A DNA stretch of 64,000 nucleotides, from the NCBI GenBank assembly GCA_024761205.1, contig JAMASS010000024.1:12079-76078 (forward strand), read 5' to 3'. Below are positions 30,900 through 40,940 of the stretch, in pieces. The DNA comes from Limisphaerales bacterium. GTDB lineage: Bacteria; Verrucomicrobiota; Verrucomicrobiia; Limisphaerales; AAA164-E04. Numbering within the stretch: position 1 is the stretch's first letter; each line of letters starts with the position of its first letter. A program made the translations under genes and the position numbers. The notes under the pieces were generated by a model. The model searched no databases. It was given only the letters and a program-made list of their open reading frames with translations, and had not been told where the DNA came from.

Positions 30900-31330
30900 A
30901 CTTGCTCCGGCGTTAGCTCCGGAAAAAAGTAGCGGAAAGAGTCGCCGAACCTTTTAACAGCGGCTACGGCTGCTCGCTTTTTCGCAGCGGCTTCTTGCGC
31001 CGTGGGCAAGAGTGCGGGGGCGGCGGGAAAGACCGGGTGACGCATCAGATTCGGGCGAAAGCGGCGGGGTGCTTCACCTCGGCAGCGCTTCAAGGATTCG
31101 TCATTTGAGCACACGGCTCCGGGGGGCGGCGGTGCACGGACGAGGCAGCGGCTTATGCAGGATTCACCCATGAAAAGATCAATCACTCCGAATACGAGCG
31201 CGGCACGGTGCACCCGAACGGCGTGGAATCCTTCTGGCCCATGCTGAAACGGGCGTGCCGGAAGAATTGCGCCACCGCAGTCTAGTGATACCGGGCGGCT
31301 ATCGGCGTCACCAATGGTTCATGCCCGAGA
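30900..31330 (+). mobile_element. second IS1595-family transposase remnant (DDE half only, frameshifted)
   Basis: Verified plus-strand translation: 'EAAAYAGFTHEKINHSEYERGTVHPNGVESFWPMLKRACR'. Upstream are 'GKSAGAAGKTG' and 'AALQGFVI*'. The frame is broken in a G-run. Confidence 0.55.
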
Positions 31331-31599
31331 TTGGCCGCCCGAAATTGAAGGGGTATTTTGGTGTTCCAGCGGCGGTATTGATGCGAGCAGATCCGATTGG
31401 GAACCTTTCTTTCCGACGTCGGCTTGACCGGGTCTTGCCGAAGCTCTATGGAACGATCTCGCTTGCTATTGGACGATTAACCCGCCCCCCGAGGCGATGG
31501 CGAGAAATCGAGTGGACAATGCCCGCTATCCCGCAAAGACTTTTGCTGCTAAATCAAGTGTATAATCCGCACTATAAGCCGGTGCAAGGCTTTCACTGA

Positions 31600-31960
31600 C
31601 CAATCGTGCCAAATGAAATAGGTGGCCCCAGGCAATCCAGCAACTCGGGATGGCTCGGCCGGTTGCCGCGGACACCGAAATCGTTCGTCGTTTCGACCAA
31701 CTCTTTGATGAAATGATGGTGCCAGACGCGATTGATCATGACACGGGGCAGCCAGGGAATTGGATTTGCTGACGCTTCAGTCGGCGAGTTGCTTTCTGCC
31801 GCTGCCGGTTTCGGTCGGAGGAAGTAGCTGCCCGCCCAGAATGCTGAGAAAACCGCGTGTTACTTGCTCTCGCTGCGACTGTTTATTGGGGGCGCCACCA
31901 GCCTGGATATAGGTGTTTTGGGAGGGGTTTCGTCCTGAATGGCGGAGGTGATTTCGAGAT
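31600..31960 (-). pseudogene. DUF1553-domain protein fragment
   Basis: Verified translation: '[35 protein letters not shown]'. This is the hallmark DUF1553 motif of PVC bacteria. Only a short internal piece remains. Confidence 0.5.
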
Positions 31961-32180
31961 CGGGGAAGGTCTCGGCGACTTGCCTTCGTTACTCTCGAAT
32001 TCTCAGCCGATCCCCTCCACGTGATCTTTCGAGTAAGTTCGGGCGTGGTGATCGGTTCGGTTTGAAAGGCACGGTATAGAGTTTCGGAGCCCTTCGTGCT
32101 CTTTGGTATCCCATGGAATCCAGGGCTGCCCGATAGGACGCCAATATTTTATCCGGAATGATAAGTCGGAGGCTTGAAGG

Positions 32181-32414
32181 GCCTTCGGAGGCGAGGGGAA
32201 GCTGCGTCTGTCTGGAACCGAGGGCCGCAGACAGGTCCGGTAGCTCGAAGCGGCGTCCCTTTAATATGTCTATATGTCCGGCACGCTCAGGAGTTGCATG
32301 CGTAGGTAGCGTTTGCCATTGGCTCTCATGTCTCTGGCCATCGCCATCTCGAGGCCGAGGGTGGTTGCTTGGTGCTTCCTCAGTTTGTGCATGATGAATC
32401 ACAGGCCGTCCATG
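32181..32414 (-). repeat. copy 2 of the ~225-bp dispersed repeat (partner at 5925..6147)
   Basis: Translation '..FIMHKLRKHQATTLGLEMAMARDMRANGKRYLRMQLLSVPDI..LKGRRFELP'. It carries an 8-bp tandem duplication ('tatatgtc') relative to copy 1 that shifts the frame. Confidence 0.4.
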
Positions 32415-33502
32415 GCTCTAATGCACCACGCAGCTAGCGCACGACGCTAATATTGACAGTCTTGGTTCTAGTTGGGGTGCACTTGGTTGAACAGGAATTG
32501 GATGTTAAGATTTTGCGGGCGTTGGGGGTAAGTCTGCTTTATGCCCAATCCATCTCTCCGGTATCTTGGTGCTGCTCAACGTGTATCGTCCTCACGGGTT
32601 GAGGCGGGCGCATTTTCGTTGAGCCCCGGGGGTTGCCGGAATGCTGCGGCGCCAGATGTTTTGGTTCTTGCCGGTCGTCATTGCTTGTAGCGTTGTGGTC
32701 GATCTCTCCGAGGAATTGACCGATGAGTTTCATCAAACCGAGTTGGGGCGGGTGGCGCAGATTACCTTGCTGATTGCAGTCACGGCTTTCGCTTATCGAG
32801 CGATGCGGCCGGACGACGGAGTGCTTTCCGGGGGTGCTGTCGCATCACTGGGAGGATGAATGGTGCGTCTTCAGCGTCTTTGGTATTGGGGATTGACTCA
32901 ATGGCTTCCGGTTGGAGTCGGTTTGCTCTCTGCGATCAGTGACCACCATCCGGCCGTGCAGAAATGCAGGAAATCACGATTTGCCGGTGACATCGCCACG
33001 CCCTTCCCTCCTCCCTCGCTAACACTTTAGCGGTGCTCCAAAGTCGGGCTGCCTGCTGAATACAACAGTCTAAATCAAGGCATTGGGGGGGAGATTGCAA
33101 CTCTCCCCAAATGCTCAGGCAAACAGGCGGGAAACTTTTCGCGTTTACTGTAAGAGTGTTAGCGGCGGCCCGGCATCAGGCGTTGAGTAATGCCCCGTTT
33201 CCTGCTAAGCCGTTGGGAATACATGCGACTGCACGGTTGAGGCGTTCCCAGTCTCTTCTCTCTGGAGCAACTTTAACGAAATAGACCATTTCAAACATGG
33301 CAACGATCAATCAATGGTAGTAGCAGTCTGCACCTATGTTGCCGGTCATGGCTACACTATCCCTCCCGTATATCGGGATGGTTCGTGGGAATGGACGGCG
33401 GATTCCTACTATTTCCCAATCTATACCTCAATAGAGCCTTTGTGGGAGTACTGAGCCGTTAAAAACACGCGGGGCAGGCATTGCTTGGTTGGTTACGGCA
33501 GC

Positions 33503-34320
33503 ATGAAAGCCTTTTCTCGAAACGCTTTCACTCTCGTCGAATTGCTAGTGGTGATTGCTATCATCGGCATTCTCGCCGGCCTGCTGCTGTCTGCCCTCGG
33601 CAAAACCAAAGAGCTGCGCGGTGCATCCACTGTCCACTGCGTCGGCAATCTCAAACAGATCGGCACGGCGGTGTATCTTCACGCCAGCGACTATGAAGAC
33701 TGGCTGCCGCCGATCTCTATGCCTTTGCGCCCAGAGACATGTGGTCTTCGCCAAATAAGCCTAGCTACTGGGGATGGAGCGGGATTCTACGGTGATATTA
33801 TCTGGATGGGAACACGAACGTCTGGCTGTGCGCTGGTAACCGGAAACTTCGGCAGAAATTAATTCTCGGCGCGAAGACTCATCCGCCATTTGCCGCAAGG
33901 TGGTTTGCGCAATGGAATTTCAGCTATGGCATGAATATGGCAGGCACTCTTGATAACACGGGAATCTTGAAAGAGTTAATATCAAGAGGAATAGCGCAAA
34001 CTCTTGCTCAAGCCGGCGCTGATGCTCCTTATCTTCATCACCTTTATCATCGGAAGGCGAGCCAACTCCGCGCGCCCTCCGAGATAATCGCGATCGGCGA
34101 CAAGGCGGCTTATTTTGACCGCACGAGTAGCGACCACGAAAACCCTTATCAGTTCATTGATTATTTTGATACCGGCGTTGAAGAGATCAGTATTGCTTGT
34201 ATTGATAGAGAACTTTTTGAAGCAGAAACACGTCGAATAACGGTCAGTCGGCGGCATAACAAAGGGACGAACATGTTGCTGTAGGACGAGCACGCCGAGA
34301 GCAACACTTTATATAATTAG
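33503..34320 (+). pseudogene. prepilin-type N-terminal cleavage/methylation protein (DUF1559/H-X9-DG class), disrupted
   Basis: 'MKAFSRNAFTLVELLVVIAIIGILAGLLLSALGKTKE'. There is a frameshift near 33860-33930 and a TAG inside the C-terminal motif ('RRHNKGTNMLL*DEHAES'). Confidence 0.55.
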
Positions 34321-34470
34321 ACGGCGCCCCAGCCGGAAAACGCCGACGCTGGAATTACGACAACCTGTCCCCCGGGAAGACTGGACCGGCCAACGCCCGG
34401 AGAACTGGACGAACATTGCTGGCGCCGACGAAGAATAACTTGGACAACCTTGTCCCTATTCCCTTCTCGT

Positions 34471-35350
34471 ATGATGAATCGAAAGAATCTTCTGTTTATA
34501 TCAGCCGCCTTTTTATTTCTTTTGGCTGTGCTTTGGCTTGCCTTTGCCCCGCATCCCGCCGGCGCGGCGCCCTTAGCGTAAGAGCATCTCAAAGAACCGG
34601 AAATGGCGTCCGCCTATTCCCGGCTGAACGTGCCCCCGGCGAGGGAAATGCAGACGGCCAAGGAAGCACCGTTGAGGGAGCGCGAACGCCGGGCGCGGCT
34701 GCTCACCGAGTTCCCCGATGATTACTTTGACCCGACGCGCTATCTCTGCAGCGGCGATTGGGGGCTATCAAGAGAAGGTGCGGCGGCATTTTTCCATCGC
34801 CGCCTGGGCTTATTCCAATCGGGAGGGCGATCCCGGTTTGCGCCAAGTGATGACCCTGCTCCTGGAGAACGGCTACGGCATTGAAGATTACGCCAAGGTA
34901 ATGCCTCCGTTGGCGCGGTATTCGTCGGAAGTTGCGGCGTTGCGGGAGCGGTATAGGAAAGTCGGATTTTATACGGAAGCTGAAATAGACGTGTCGCTTG
35001 AGGAGCGGAGGGCATTTCACCGGCAAGAAGCGCATTTGAAGAGTTTGGAGTTTGTTCTTTCGATGTATGGAATCACGGATGAGCGATTGATCGGCGAGTT
35101 GTCGTCGGTGGACCTTGGCATCATTCGGGAAGGGGACGGGGCGATTGGCGAGGGGAAGGTGGAAACGCTGTGGGGCGACCGTTTGCTGGGCAAGGCGGAT
35201 TGGCTGGATGCGGATTTTCAGGCGGCGCGGACGTGTTATCGGGGCGCGCCTCGGGGTAGCGCCGAAGAACGTTTGACGGATTGGCACAAACAACGCCGCA
35301 GGGAAAGAGAGCAGCGGCAGGCAAGACGGTTGGCGCCCTCCGTAGGATAA
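34471..35350 (+). pseudogene. secreted hypothetical protein with an in-frame TAA and a frameshift
   Basis: Signal peptide 'MMNRKNLLFISAAFLFLLAVLWLAFA', then a TAA at 34579 in frame with ORF 34603. A frame change near 34740 leads into ORF 34718..35350. Confidence 0.35.
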
Positions 35351-35599
35351 GGTCAAACACATGAAGCCGTGAAGAGGCTGGAGGGAGTGCCTGCGTGACT
35401 GTCTTGAGCGTTGCGTTCAACCGAAAGCCAAGAAAACGGCAGTCCGGGGCTGGCCCTAGTTGCCAAGTTGTGTGAACAGGATGCTGTTCGGATCGTTAGT
35501 GGTCTGTTGACGAGCGGTCGAGGAATTCACGGAGAGTCCAGCCTCAAACGTATCCGAATGACCATTGACATTTAGGGCAAGTCCTTTACTAGTGGCCCT

Positions 35600-36451
35600 A
35601 TGGGTGGTCCTGTGGAAGTGGAAGCAGCATTCTCTGGACACGCGGAATTTGCACCTCATTTCAAGCCGCGAAAGACGATCTCCTATGTTGTCTTTGACTT
35701 TGATGGCACGCTGTCCTTGATCCGCCAGGGCTGGCCTGAAGTTATGCTGCTCATGTTTGTCGAGATGTTGCCCCGAAAGGATGGTGTCACCGTGGAGAGC
35801 GATGAGCAGATGCTCCTCGACGATATCATGAAACTGAACGGCAAGCAGACGGTCTATCAAATGATGCAGCTGGCTGAACGGATCAAAGAGCGCGGAGGCG
35901 AGCCGAAGGAGCCGCTGTGGTACAAGCATGAATATCACCGCCGGCTCGATGAGCGAATTCAATCACGGCATCGGCGCATCGAGGAAGGTGCCTGCGTCGA
36001 GGACGAGTTTTTGGTCTTTGGTGCCCGGTACTCGCTCGAAAAATTGAAGTCGCTCGGTTTGCCGATGTGTTTGGCTAGTGGAACGGATGAGCCGTTTGTG
36101 AAGAGGGAAGCGGCACTTTTGGGAATCGCCGCCTATTTTGATGGGCGCATCTATGGTGCGTTGGATGATCACAAGTCTTTCTCCAAGAAGATATTGATTG
36201 AACGAATCCTGCGCGAGAACAACATTCCTGGAGAATCGCTCCTCTCCTTTGGCGACGGTTACGTTGAGATCGAAAACACCAAAGAGGTCGGAGGATTGGC
36301 GATCGCCGTTGCGAGTAATGAGGCCAATAACGGTTCCGGTAAGGTTGATGAGTGGAAACGGAAGCAACTGCTCGGTGTTGGTGCGGACGTGGTGATCTCC
36401 GATTATCGTGATATCGATCCGTTGATCGATGTGGTTTGGGAACGCGCGTAA
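35600..36451 (+). CDS. HAD-superfamily hydrolase (capped, phosphatase-like)
   Basis: Motif I 'VVFDFDGTL', 'ASGT', and the late acidic motif 'FGDGYVEI'. 283 aa. Confidence 0.8.
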   Translation: MGGPVEVEAAFSGHAEFAPHFKPRKTISYVVFDFDGTLSLIRQGWPEVMLLMFVEMLPRKDGVTVESDEQMLLDDIMKLNGKQTVYQMMQLAERIKERGGEPKEPLWYKHEYHRRLDERIQSRHRRIEEGACVEDEFLVFGARYSLEKLKSLGLPMCLASGTDEPFVKREAALLGIAAYFDGRIYGALDDHKSFSKKILIERILRENNIPGESLLSFGDGYVEIENTKEVGGLAIAVASNEANNGSGKVDEWKRKQLLGVGADVVISDYRDIDPLIDVVWERA

Positions 36452-36467
36452 ACTTTTCGAACGGACC

Positions 36468-37580
36468 ATGCCCAGTTATCCAGAACCTTTGGATCTCTCG
36501 CGATTGCGTGTTTATCCGCTGGATCAGCGAAAGAGCTTGACCACGGCAGATGAGATACTCATCGACCCGGACTCACAACCGGCACCGATTGATGAGCGAA
36601 TCGTTGGCATTGTTGGACACTGTGCCCGGAAGATCCTTTTGGCCCGTCAGCAAGGTGCCACCGTGATGCTCGCGTACGGGGCGCATCTTTTGCGCAATGG
36701 GGCGGCAGCGATTCTGGAAAAAATGATGGAGCGCGGCTGGTTGACTCATCTGGCTACAAACGGCGCCGGAACAATCCACGATTGGGAGTATGCGTTTCTG
36801 GGGCGCTCTACTGAAAGCGTCCGCGACAACGTCGCCACCGGTACTTTTGGAACTTGGGATGAGACCGGCCGCTACTTGCACTTAGCTATGATGGTCGGGG
36901 GACTAGAGGAAATGGGCTATGGTCAGTCTCTGGGGCGTTTTATTCATGAGGACGGCGTTGATGCCCCGCATGCTGAAGCCCTGACGATGGCGATAGAGGC
37001 AAATCCCCAAGATCCTCAGACAGCGGCTCGGGCTGATTTGCTGCAGGCAATGATCAAACACGCCATTCCATCGGGGCGTATGACGATCCGGCACCAGTGG
37101 AAGCAGGCCTCTATTCTGAGCCAGGCTTTTCGGCTTCAGGTTCCGGTATCCATACATCCAGGAATCGGTTACGACATCATTTCGAACCATCCCATCTTTA
37201 ACGGAGCGGTGATTGGACGAGCGGCCACCATCGACTTTCGGCTGTTTTCGCGTGCGGTAGAAGGCCTTGAGGGCGGTGTAATGCTGTCAGTCGGTTCCGC
37301 TATCATGGCGCCCCAGGTCTTTGAGAAAAGCTTGAGCTGTGTCAACAACCTGCGGTTGCAGAACGGTCGACAGATTGTGCATGACCACGAGATTTACGTG
37401 GTCGATATCCAAGACGGGGGGGGCTGGGATTGGTCCCAGGGCGAACCGCCCAAAACTAATCCGGCCTACTACCTGCGATTCTGTAAGAGCTTTTCACGCA
37501 TGGGTGGTAAGATGCATTATGCCCAGTGCGACAATCTCGCCTTCATGCATCATCTTTATCGAGCGCTGCTTGCCGGATGA
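36468..37580 (+). CDS. deoxyhypusine-synthase-like (DHS-fold) protein of unknown function
   Basis: 'VMLAYGAHLLRNGAAAILEKMMERGWLTHLATNGAGTIHDWE' and 'VPVSIHPGIGYDII...GGVMLSVGSAIMAPQVFEK' follow the DHS topology pattern. The assignment is from memory of the family and has not been searched. Confidence 0.55.
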   Translation: MPSYPEPLDLSRLRVYPLDQRKSLTTADEILIDPDSQPAPIDERIVGIVGHCARKILLARQQGATVMLAYGAHLLRNGAAAILEKMMERGWLTHLATNGAGTIHDWEYAFLGRSTESVRDNVATGTFGTWDETGRYLHLAMMVGGLEEMGYGQSLGRFIHEDGVDAPHAEALTMAIEANPQDPQTAARADLLQAMIKHAIPSGRMTIRHQWKQASILSQAFRLQVPVSIHPGIGYDIISNHPIFNGAVIGRAATIDFRLFSRAVEGLEGGVMLSVGSAIMAPQVFEKSLSCVNNLRLQNGRQIVHDHEIYVVDIQDGGGWDWSQGEPPKTNPAYYLRFCKSFSRMGGKMHYAQCDNLAFMHHLYRALLAG

Positions 37581-38638
37581 ACACTGTTAGATTTCAGGAA
37601 ATCACGAAGTGCTACCCGGATTTGCGCATTGCCGTCGTCGGAGATTTCTGTCTGGACCGTTATTTCGAAATCGATCCGCGTCTGTCCGAATTCTCGATCG
37701 AGACGGGACTTGAGGTCCATAACGTCACCCGAGTGCGAACGCAACCGGGAGCGGCCGGAACGATCTTGAATAACCTTTCGGCGCTCGGAATCGGTGAGAT
37801 CACTGCCATCGGTTTCTATGGCCAAGACGGCGAAGGCTGGCTGCTTGAACGAGCCCTCCGCGAGCGAACCCATGTCAACCTCGACCATTTTCTAAGCACC
37901 AGCGAACGCGCCACGTTCACCTACTCAAAGCCGCTGGTGATGGAGGCGCTAAAACCCCCGCGTGAATTAAATCGGCTGGATCAGAAAAACTGGACACAAA
38001 CGCCAGAATCGGTGTCCTCACAAATCTGCGATTCCCTACGAGCGGTGATCGACCAGGTAGATGCCGTGATCGTCATGGATCAGGTGGACCGGCCCTTCAC
38101 TGGGGTGGTTACATTGCCGGTTCGCAGATTACTGATAAATATTGGTCAGACGCGCCCTAACATTCCGATTCTAGCGGATAGCCGCCAGAGTTTGGTTGGC
38201 TATGAATCTGTCTCGATGAAAATGAATGCGGCTGAGCTGAAACGCATGGTCAAGAGAAACGAGCCGCTTTCGCTGGATATGATCAAAGAGCAGACTCAGG
38301 ATTTAGCAGTGCGTCATAAACGTCCGGCGTTCATCACACTGTCTGAGAGGGGGATTATTGGCGCGGAAGCGGGACAAGCCGCAGAGCATGTTCCCTGCTT
38401 TCCCGTAACAGGGGAAAGCGACATCGTTGGAGCTGGGGATGCCGTCATGGCTAATCTCGTAGCCGGCCTGGCGGCGGGAGCTACGGTCGGAGAAGCGATG
38501 CAGCTGGCCATGGCTGCGTCATCCATTGTGATTCATCAGCTTGGGACCACCGGCACAGCTACGTGTGAACAAATTCTTGAATTATTTCAAACTAACCCTC
38601 CTGAACAGATCATGACCCATAGGAGTGAGTTTGTCTAA
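37577..38638 (+). CDS. PfkB-family sugar(-phosphate) kinase, HldE/RfaE kinase-domain-like
   Basis: 'IAVVGDFCLDRYFEIDP...PGAAGTILNNLSALG' and 'VGAGDAVMANLVAGLAAG'. The start ATG overlaps the upstream stop (ATGA). Confidence 0.8.
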   Translation: MNTVRFQEITKCYPDLRIAVVGDFCLDRYFEIDPRLSEFSIETGLEVHNVTRVRTQPGAAGTILNNLSALGIGEITAIGFYGQDGEGWLLERALRERTHVNLDHFLSTSERATFTYSKPLVMEALKPPRELNRLDQKNWTQTPESVSSQICDSLRAVIDQVDAVIVMDQVDRPFTGVVTLPVRRLLINIGQTRPNIPILADSRQSLVGYESVSMKMNAAELKRMVKRNEPLSLDMIKEQTQDLAVRHKRPAFITLSERGIIGAEAGQAAEHVPCFPVTGESDIVGAGDAVMANLVAGLAAGATVGEAMQLAMAASSIVIHQLGTTGTATCEQILELFQTNPPEQIMTHRSEFV

Positions 38639-38707
38639 AACCACTCGTCTGAACCATACCGGAATACTACTAGATTTCAGTTCCTACTCGTCTGTGATTT
38701 CCGCTAG

Positions 38708-39292
38708 TCAAGTATGCCGACCTTTTTTGTCTTCACCAGAGTTGTCAAAAACGTAGGCGCGATTGCTTACATGGATTGCGTCGAGCAAGAGTCCAATTGA
38801 CCGGTGATAGCACGATGTTATTTTATCTTCTGGCACGGGATGACCGTCTAGGTAAACGCGATTGCAAACCCTTAAAATATTGATCTCCGTATCTACTTTA
38901 TTCGGGTGTGATATGACGGTTGCAAATGTAAATGAGATTTTCCTTCTGAGCAGCTTCTCACGGAGAAAATTCACCAAGACGGATGCCAGGTAGGAATTCG
39001 CTACCACCTATGAGTGAATTCAATTCGGCCGTTTCTATAATTCAGCCAATCGGCAGCTTTAGATTGTCCAGTCTCCAGCAGGAATTTAAAGTCCTTGAAA
39101 ACTATAATACCTCCTCCTCGGTTATCTGGATGTGTAGGACGTCAGGTCCAAGCATCCATAGTTTCGAGTGCTGTTCTTAAACTCGTCGGGGTTGAGATAG
39201 GCACCGAGAAGTGCTTGTCTCAGATACTCCTTCAGGGTGCTCTTGCCCGAACCATTTAGCCCGGCAAACATTCGCAGCCGAGGTGTGGCCAT
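38708..39292 (-). pseudogene. zeta-toxin-like P-loop kinase (COG4185-type) remnant
   Basis: Verified N-terminus 'MATPRLRMFAGLNGSGKSTLKEYL..YLNPDE'. After frame breaks comes 'SFTFATVISHPNKVD-TEINILRVCNRVYLDGHPVPEDKITSCYHRS...AYVFDNSG', with an internal deletion. Confidence 0.5.
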
Positions 39293-39293
39293 T

Positions 39294-39522
39294 CTAAGGC
39301 AGCTTGTATTTGCTGCCGAGCAACACAGGCGCGGATGACTCGATGTACTTGGCCTTTATTCGGCCGCCTTTTGGGGTTATCCGGTAGAGGCTTTCCTCCG
39401 TCGGAAACGAGAATACTCTGCCCTGAATTAGGGACCTTGTCGCGTGCATCAGCAAACGCTTCGCCAGAAATGAGCGGGACCGCTTTCTCAAGACTTGAGA
39501 TCTGTTCCCCTTGGTCTGACAT
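39294..39522 (-). pseudogene. cognate antitoxin-like small gene, frameshifted
   Basis: 'MSDQGEQISSLEKAVPLISGEAFADARDKV.NSGQSILVSDGG' is followed, after a 1-nt shift, by 'ESLYRITPKGGRIKAKYIESSAPVLLGSKYKLP*'. Its stop lies 1 nt before the toxin ATG. Confidence 0.35.
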
Positions 39523-40047
39523 ATTAATCCTTTTGATCATACATTAACCACGGAAAGAGGCGACGGCAAAAGAATCCTTTTTTAACTTCTGTATTGGCTA
39601 CGCTATAGTCTGGAGATGACTAGTGGTGAAATCGTGTAAAACGATCATCTGCAAGTACCTGCGGTGTGGATCAAAAGGTCCGATAGGAGCGGCAACGAGG
39701 CTTGCACATCTGCAGCATTTCAGCTACGAACGATACGCGAATCATCTACCGTCAAAACGGATAGATTGAAGAACATTGATATGAGGAAGGCGATCAAAGA
39801 TAGCCGGGACGTTTGAGATATGATGTCTTTTCAGCTGCCCTAGCGCGGGATCCTACGGTGCGGGAGTTGCGCGGAGCGACTGAAGGAGGATAGGTTGCGG
39901 GTATAATTTGATGAGTGAGTGATCAACGATTCGCTCAAGCAATTCGCCTATGTCGATTGGCGAGCAAGTCTTTCGCGTTGGGTTGGTAACGCATCTCGGA
40001 AAGACGATAATCAATCACAAACAGACATTGATCAAAGGTATGGAACC

Positions 40048-40935
40048 ATGCAGGCTACGCACGTTAGAGTGTTCAAAAATGACACACATCGCATTTACCA
40101 CGGCGAGGCGTTGGAGGTATTGAACAGTGAAATCCCCGACGGCTCGGTCGATCTTATCTTTGCTGACCCACCGTACAACATTGGCAAACGCTTCGTTGAC
40201 TTCGAAGACAAATGGCCATCAGATGCCGAATATGCCAAGTGGTGCGAAAAGTGGTTGAACGCCTGCATCAGCAAGCTGAAAGCCAATGGCAGTCTCTACA
40301 TTATGACCAGTACGCAATGCATGCCATATTTGGATATTTATCTTCGTGATCGGCTGTCGATCCTTGCGCGGATCGTGTGGCACTACGACAGCTCCGGCGT
40401 GCAAGCCAAAAAGAAATTCGGATCGATGTATGAGCCGATTCTCTTCTGCGTGAAGGATGAAGGCAACTACACCTTCAACGGCGCCGACATTAAGGTCGAA
40501 GCGCGAACCGGTGCAACACGTAAGCTCATAGACTATCGAAAACCGCAGCCGACTCAATACAACACGACAAAGATCCCAGGCAATGTATGGCCGTTCCCAC
40601 GAGTGCGTTACCGGATGCCAGAGTACGAAGAGCATCCATCTCAGAAACCCGAAGCCCTGCTGGAAAGAATTATCAAGGTCAGCAGTAATCCCGGTGATGT
40701 CATACTCGATCCTTTTTCTGGTACATTCACAACAGGCGCTGTCGCTAAACGCCTTGGAAGGCAGAGCATCGGCATTGAACGGGAATTGCAATATATAAAG
40801 ATCGGTCTGCGGCGATTGGGAATCTGCTCGGAATTGGACGGCGAACTGCTCAAGGCGCTTGACAAGAGTTATGTGCGTCGCAACAGCCTGTCATCTCGCT
40901 TTACAGACAATCAGCAGTCGCTCTTCGAGGAATAA
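40048..40935 (+). CDS. site-specific DNA methyltransferase (beta-class N6-adenine/N4-cytosine)
   Basis: Motif IV 'IFADPPYN' precedes motif I 'DPFSGTFTTGAVAKRLGR', and 'HPSQKPEALLERII' is also present. The ORF is open from a GTG at 39919; the ATG at 40048 is preferred. Confidence 0.85.
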   Translation: MQATHVRVFKNDTHRIYHGEALEVLNSEIPDGSVDLIFADPPYNIGKRFVDFEDKWPSDAEYAKWCEKWLNACISKLKANGSLYIMTSTQCMPYLDIYLRDRLSILARIVWHYDSSGVQAKKKFGSMYEPILFCVKDEGNYTFNGADIKVEARTGATRKLIDYRKPQPTQYNTTKIPGNVWPFPRVRYRMPEYEEHPSQKPEALLERIIKVSSNPGDVILDPFSGTFTTGAVAKRLGRQSIGIERELQYIKIGLRRLGICSELDGELLKALDKSYVRRNSLSSRFTDNQQSLFEE

Positions 40936-40940
40936 CCACT

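Noticed and set aside
30276-31213. Minus-strand ORFs 30276..30866 and 30890..31213, considered as real genes.
   Set aside because: 30890..31213 is antisense to the IS1595 DDE remnant. Only the first ~110 codons of 30276..30866 look protein-like ('LTPEQKAEL...' context). The rest is Arg-rich read-through, so I do not call a CDS.
35456-36469. Two 168-aa minus-strand ORFs (35456..35962 and 35963..36469).
   Set aside because: They are antisense to the HAD hydrolase gene, which has clear catalytic motifs. They have no recognisable motifs of their own.
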